In this document: positions 59,774-64,000 of the stretch, one piece after another | Position numbering within the stretch: position 1 is the stretch's first letter | Layout: the number at the start of each line of letters is the position of its first letter | NCBI GenBank assembly: GCA_050084515.1 | Contig: CM114271.1 | Span: 18,476,001 to 18,540,000 of the forward strand | Origin: Blasia pusilla | Taxonomy: Eukaryota | Direction of reading: 5' to 3' | DNA: 64,000 nucleotides | The notes under the pieces: generated by a model | The model's database searches: none | Told to the model about the DNA's origin: nothing | The model's input: the letters and a program-made list of their open reading frames with translations, nothing else | Position numbers and translations under genes: made by a program

Positions 59774-62258
59774 CCATTAGGTGAATACAATCCATCGGAA
59801 TCGGACAGGTTGCAAGTGCTAATGCTTTTGCAAAATTCTGGAAAGATGCAACCCGTCTGAAAGCGACGGGTTGCTCTTAGCCAACCATGGGCTGCTCTAA
59901 GCCAGCAACCTGTCGCCTTCCAATGGGTAACTCATGGACAAAAAAATCACAAGACACTAGTAAAACATCCCGTCGGACTCCAACAGGTTGCTCCAACCTT
60001 AGGATCATAAAGAAGTTCTCTGGGGTTAAGCGAAGTTCTTTAGGGACGTGTTGCACATTATGTCACCATACTGAGAGTAGACTTGTGGCCAAGTAGCTCT
60101 TTGTTGTTGCTGACATTGTTTCCAATGTGCTTCTTTATAGATGGACCACTCCTATGTTTACTGCTTTGTTCGACCCGAGCACAACTTCCAAGTGTTAACG
60201 ATCATGGATCCTGTAGATCCATGCTCCGAAGGGTACAACTTAGATAGTTTATACAATTCCCCGGAATTTACATGCAAGACAGTACCCCATTACTTGGAGG
60301 AAGGGAAAAGTCACCAGACCTTATGCAAATGCTCATCGAGCTATGGTCAAGTCCGGGTGACGAAAGCGTTAACGAAATGGGCACGCTCACTGGACGGGTC
60401 ATGGGCAGGTCAAAGAATTGGCGGTGGATCTCCTCGTCGCTTATTTGCCCTCGGGGTTGCGCTTGTGGGACGAGAATCCGTCCGACGAGGTCCCGAATTG
60501 GAATGCCCCTCTTTCTTATGACCAGATCGCGCTCCTATTTTCCTTTGCAGACGCTTATCTTTGAGATAGGGGTTGTTTCTTAGTTTTGATTGGAGGGAGC
60601 GAGGACGAGCTCTTCAACCTCCAGTGCGTCAAGACGTCGCTGCAGTGGAGGACAGCGCAATCGTGGGTCATCAAGAACGAGTATCCACTCTGATCTGCAA
60701 CGAGTCAAATTTGGGTAAGGGATCTTAATTTGTATCCAAATTGTGTTTCTCCGACATGTGGCATCTGTGCATGCAACCCGTCGGATTGTTTGAGCTGGGT
60801 CTTTTTGCAATCCGTCTCAAAGTGACGGATTGGAGTTTGAGGGCAAGTCTCGATTGGGTGAATGCAAGCTGTCGAAACCCGACGGGTTGCAAGTGCTATT
60901 GCTTTTGCACCTTTCAGGAATGAAGCAACTAGTCTAAAAGGGACGGGTTGCAAGTGCTAATGCTTTTGCAATTTTCAGTAATGATGCAACCCGTCTGAAA
61001 GCGACGGGTTGCTCTTAGCCAACCATGGGTTGCTTTAAGCTAGCAACCTATCGCCTTCCGAGGGGTTGCTCATGGACAAAAAAATCACAAGACACTTGTT
61101 AAACAACCTCTCGGCCTCCGACAGGTTGCTCCAATGTTAGGATTATAAAGAAGTTCTTTGGGGTTAAGCGAAGTTCTTTAGGGACATGTTGCACATTATG
61201 TCACCACACTGAGAGTAGACTAGTGGCCAAGTTGCTGACATTGTTTCCAACGTGCTTCTTTACAGATGGACCACTCCTATGTTTACTGCTTTGTTCAACC
61301 CGAGTAGAACTTCCACGTGTTTAAGATCCTGGATCTTGTGGATCCATGCTCCGATGGGTTCCGCTTAGATAGTTTATACAATTCCCCCCCGGGAATTTTC
61401 ATGCAAGCTGGTACCCCATTACTTGGAGGAAGGGAAAATTCTTCAGCCCTGATGCAAACGCTAATAGAGCTTTGCTCAAGGCCAAGTGACTTGGTTTTCG
61501 ACTTAGTGGGCCTTTCGGGGGCGAGTATCAAAGGCGCCTTGCAGAGTGCCAGGAACATTCTCTTCCTTGAGGGAAGGCAACAACTGTTTGACCTTTGCAA
61601 GGAGGCAAAGGCAGATTACGACAGGCTAGTTGGGGCGTACAACTCTCCTCCGAGGCCGAGAGCTCTGGTTCCAGACCCACCATTGGTAGTGACACCATCG
61701 TAACTTCCCACGATTCCAAAAATCGGGAGGGCAAGGCCGACAGTTATGTTGGAAGAGCTCTCGGACGATGATGAGTGAGTTCAAAGAACTCAAGGACCGA
61801 GCTTAACTACAGCGTTTGGAGTAGGGATTTATTTGATGACAAGGCAAAAGATTTCATAGAATAGATCAAATGTACAGTTTCGAGCTTCTTTCGGATGTAA
61901 TAAAGGACAAGATTTTTTCAAACGATGATGGTGTTTGTAAAATTTTGCTGAATATCGTTTTTGGTCTTGTTGACTGTGATCGTCTATGTACTCAGAGCAC
62001 TTCTATTTTGCAACCCGCCGGATTTCCACAGCTTGCAACTTTTCACATTTTGACCACTGCAGCTTTTTAACCACTTCCAAGCAATCGGTCCTATTCCGAC
62101 AGGTTGGCTGCGTGAGTGGTCGGACTATTTCGGACTCTTTAGAGGCATTCTGGAGGGCTTCTTCACTTTGGCACCTTCCCTAGTATCGTCAAACAAGGCG
62201 TAGGCTTCTTCTCTTCTCTAAGACATGTTGGATTCCTCCTACCTGTTGGATTGCCATC

Positions 62259-62546
62259 ATGGTATTTCCAAGAACGGAGCACATATTGATACTGGATGGG
62301 GGTCACATTGCAGAGCGTACAAGATATACAGTCGAGGAAGGCGATGGGACTCAAATCAGGTTACATGGGACCGTTATGGTGTACCAAGGGGGGGGGCCAA
62401 GGCTCTCGAATTCGCCAACATTTTTTATCCCCGTCTACAATCGGCCAGAGGAGCCACTTGTATCCCTGGACATTCCTTTTGTACAGGAACCTAGGAGAGT
62501 TAGGAGTAGATTTGTAGATGACGAGGCTGAAGAAATCATAGACTAG
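62259..62546 (+). CDS. Small intact ORF (95 aa) of unknown function ending RFVDDEAEEIID, inside the DNA transposon
   Basis: ATG-to-TAG ORF followed by an AATAAA-containing block that also follows the methyltransferase-like gene. Confidence 0.3.
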   Translation: MVFPRTEHILILDGGHIAERTRYTVEEGDGTQIRLHGTVMVYQGGGPRLSNSPTFFIPVYNRPEEPLVSLDIPFVQEPRRVRSRFVDDEAEEIID

Positions 62547-63789
62547 GTCAAATATACATTTTCGAGATTCCTTCGGATGTAATAAAGGACAAGATTTTTC
62601 CAACCGATAATGGTGTTTGGAAAATTTTGCTGAATATTTTTTTTGGGCTTGTGGATTGTGTTCTTCTAGCTAATCAGAATTACAATTTTGAAACCGTATG
62701 ATTCCGACGGGTTGCAACTTTTCACTTTTTGACTACTACAATTGTAAAACCATTTCCAGGCAAGCTGTCGGATTCCGACAGCTAGGCTGCTTGAGTGATC
62801 AGACTCTTTCCCTGTGAGACCAACTTCTGGCGTATTGTGGCCGGCTTCTTTACTTTTGGCTCATTCCCCTAGATTTGTCAAACCAGTTGTAGGCTTCTTT
62901 TCTTGTCTAAGATGTGCAGGATTTCTACTACGTGTCGGCTTGCCATTTCCTCCTCCGAACCTGTTGAATTCTCGTGGGTGGTGGGTGGAATGAAATCACT
63001 TCTCAAAATCTTTCCTTTGTTATGGTGAGCTTGCTTGCAAGGGGTGCAAGCCATCTGATTCCGACGGGTTGCAAGAGTTGCAACCTGTTAAATTCCGACG
63101 GATTGGGAGGGGTGCAGCTTCTCGGTTTCTTAGATTTAGGATGTGAATGAAGGGACATCAATTTCTCTTTACTCCAGACAGCTAATAATCTTTTGGTTCA
63201 ATTATCGTCTCCTATGTTCACATTTCACAAAGTTGGTCTTTATTTGATCCTTTCATTGAGATGAGATTGCTACTTCTAGTCAAAGTATCTGCCTAATGGT
63301 CCTCCAACAAAAATACCCTTGGGCGGAGCTTACTATAGACTGAGACAGGCAATGTGAAGAAACTTAGGCTCACATGGAGAGTGATGTAGTGGGCTTATGA
63401 TGTCTACTTGTTTTTCGCCTCCTGGAAAAAGAAGGTTTATTTAGGCCCGAATGTGGACCACTACCTACTCTCTTCTAAAGATTTCATGAATTTGAAAGGA
63501 AACAAAAAATTCAAATATGTCAAAAAGTTTCAAAGAGAGGAGGCGGATTTGGCCCTTTCTTTTGAAGAGAGACTCTTCTCTCTTCCTCTCTTCCTCTCTT
63601 CCTCTCTCTTGCCAAAATACCAGCCCCCAATCTCTCCGATCTTTCCTAAAAAGTTGAGACAGTTGTTGTGTGCATACACATCGCTCGCCCAACTTGCTGG
63701 TGTTTAGGTCCCTCTAACTGATAGCCATCTTTCCCTGCCTACCATGACATACATCTGTCAAACGCTCTGAGCAAGAAGGCCGAGTGGTC

Positions 63790-64000
63790 ATGTAGCCCGA
63801 TCGTTAGTCGCCTTATTGTCATCCATGTTAGAGAACAAGTCAAAATCTAGAACTAGCTATCTTATGTACATCACGGACATATCCATTGTCCCTCGAGATG
63901 CCTAATGAGAGGTGGCATCACACATGGCATATGCCATCCTCCCGACCACCCATAATAGACTAGCATAGTGGTTGCACCATGGGTGGAACCACACAACATA
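63790..64000 (-). mobile_element. 3' end (degenerate PHD finger and downstream sequence) of another copy of the DNMT/PHD gypsy family
   Basis: MLCGSTHGATTMLVYYGWSGGWHMPCVMPPL..GQWICP; downstream ATCGTTAGTCGCCTT..TGTCATCCAT matches ~34611-34637. Confidence 0.8.

Larger units (their letters stand above)
54513..61778 (+). pseudogene. Spliced cargo gene: ParB/Srx-like (DGNHR) domain + helical/acidic linker + beta-class N4C/N6A methyltransferase-like domain; disrupted
   Basis: Exon to 55692 with LFYVQPY..FWRMRNQEF..YFFIWDGNHRFMAW (DGNHR 55544-55558). Intron 55693-56503 (GTAAGT..CTAAT..TAG) splices in frame into the 509-aa ORF. Exon ~60370-60714 has VDLLVAYLPSG..VPNWN..FADAYL*DRGCFLVL. Intron 60715-61265 is phase 0. 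Last exon has GGRENSSALMQTLIELCSRPSDLVFDLVGLSGASIKGALQSARNILFLE. Interrupted by a retroelement and a duplication. Confidence 0.72.
48675..63613. mobile_element. ~15 kb Mutator-like (MULE-type) DNA transposon with divergent transposase and ParB-like/methyltransferase-like cargo genes
   Basis: Imperfect terminal inverted repeats: GGTAAGAGGAGAGGAAGAGAGGAAGAGAGGAGAGAG.. at 48675 versus reverse-complement GGCAAGAGAGAGGAAGAGAGGAAGAGAGGAAGAGAG.. ending 63613. One 27-bp palindrome family occurs from ~48855 to ~63105. No matching TSD found. Confidence 0.7.

Overview
Eukaryotic plant DNA, probably from a bryophyte or other non-seed plant (inferred from the gene and TE types; species not determinable). 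One host gene occupies the left end: a POWERDRESS/N-CoR-like SANT protein on the minus strand (ATG at 4023, one open frame running off the window, three SANT repeats visible). The remaining ~58 kb is a nest of decayed transposons: Ty3/gypsy fragments, solo LTRs (two with recognisable TSDs), a truncated LINE and two copies of a Mutator-like DNA transposon. Two unrelated TE families each carry a DNA methyltransferase-like domain. (1) A ~15 kb Mutator-like element (48675-63613) with candidate TIRs, a DDE+SWIM transposase gene and a divergent spliced cargo gene. The cargo gene joins a ParB/Srx-like DGNHR domain to a beta-class (N4C/N6A-type) methyltransferase-like domain, and the element's non-coding parts carry dozens of copies of a 27-bp palindrome. 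(2) A Ty3/gypsy family that, pieced together from overlapping relics, reads gag-protease-C5 cytosine DNMT-RT-RNaseH-integrase-PHD finger, with four DNMT relics in the window. All TE copies here are pseudogenised. Domain calls come from manual motif recognition, not database searches, and many TE boundaries are approximate.
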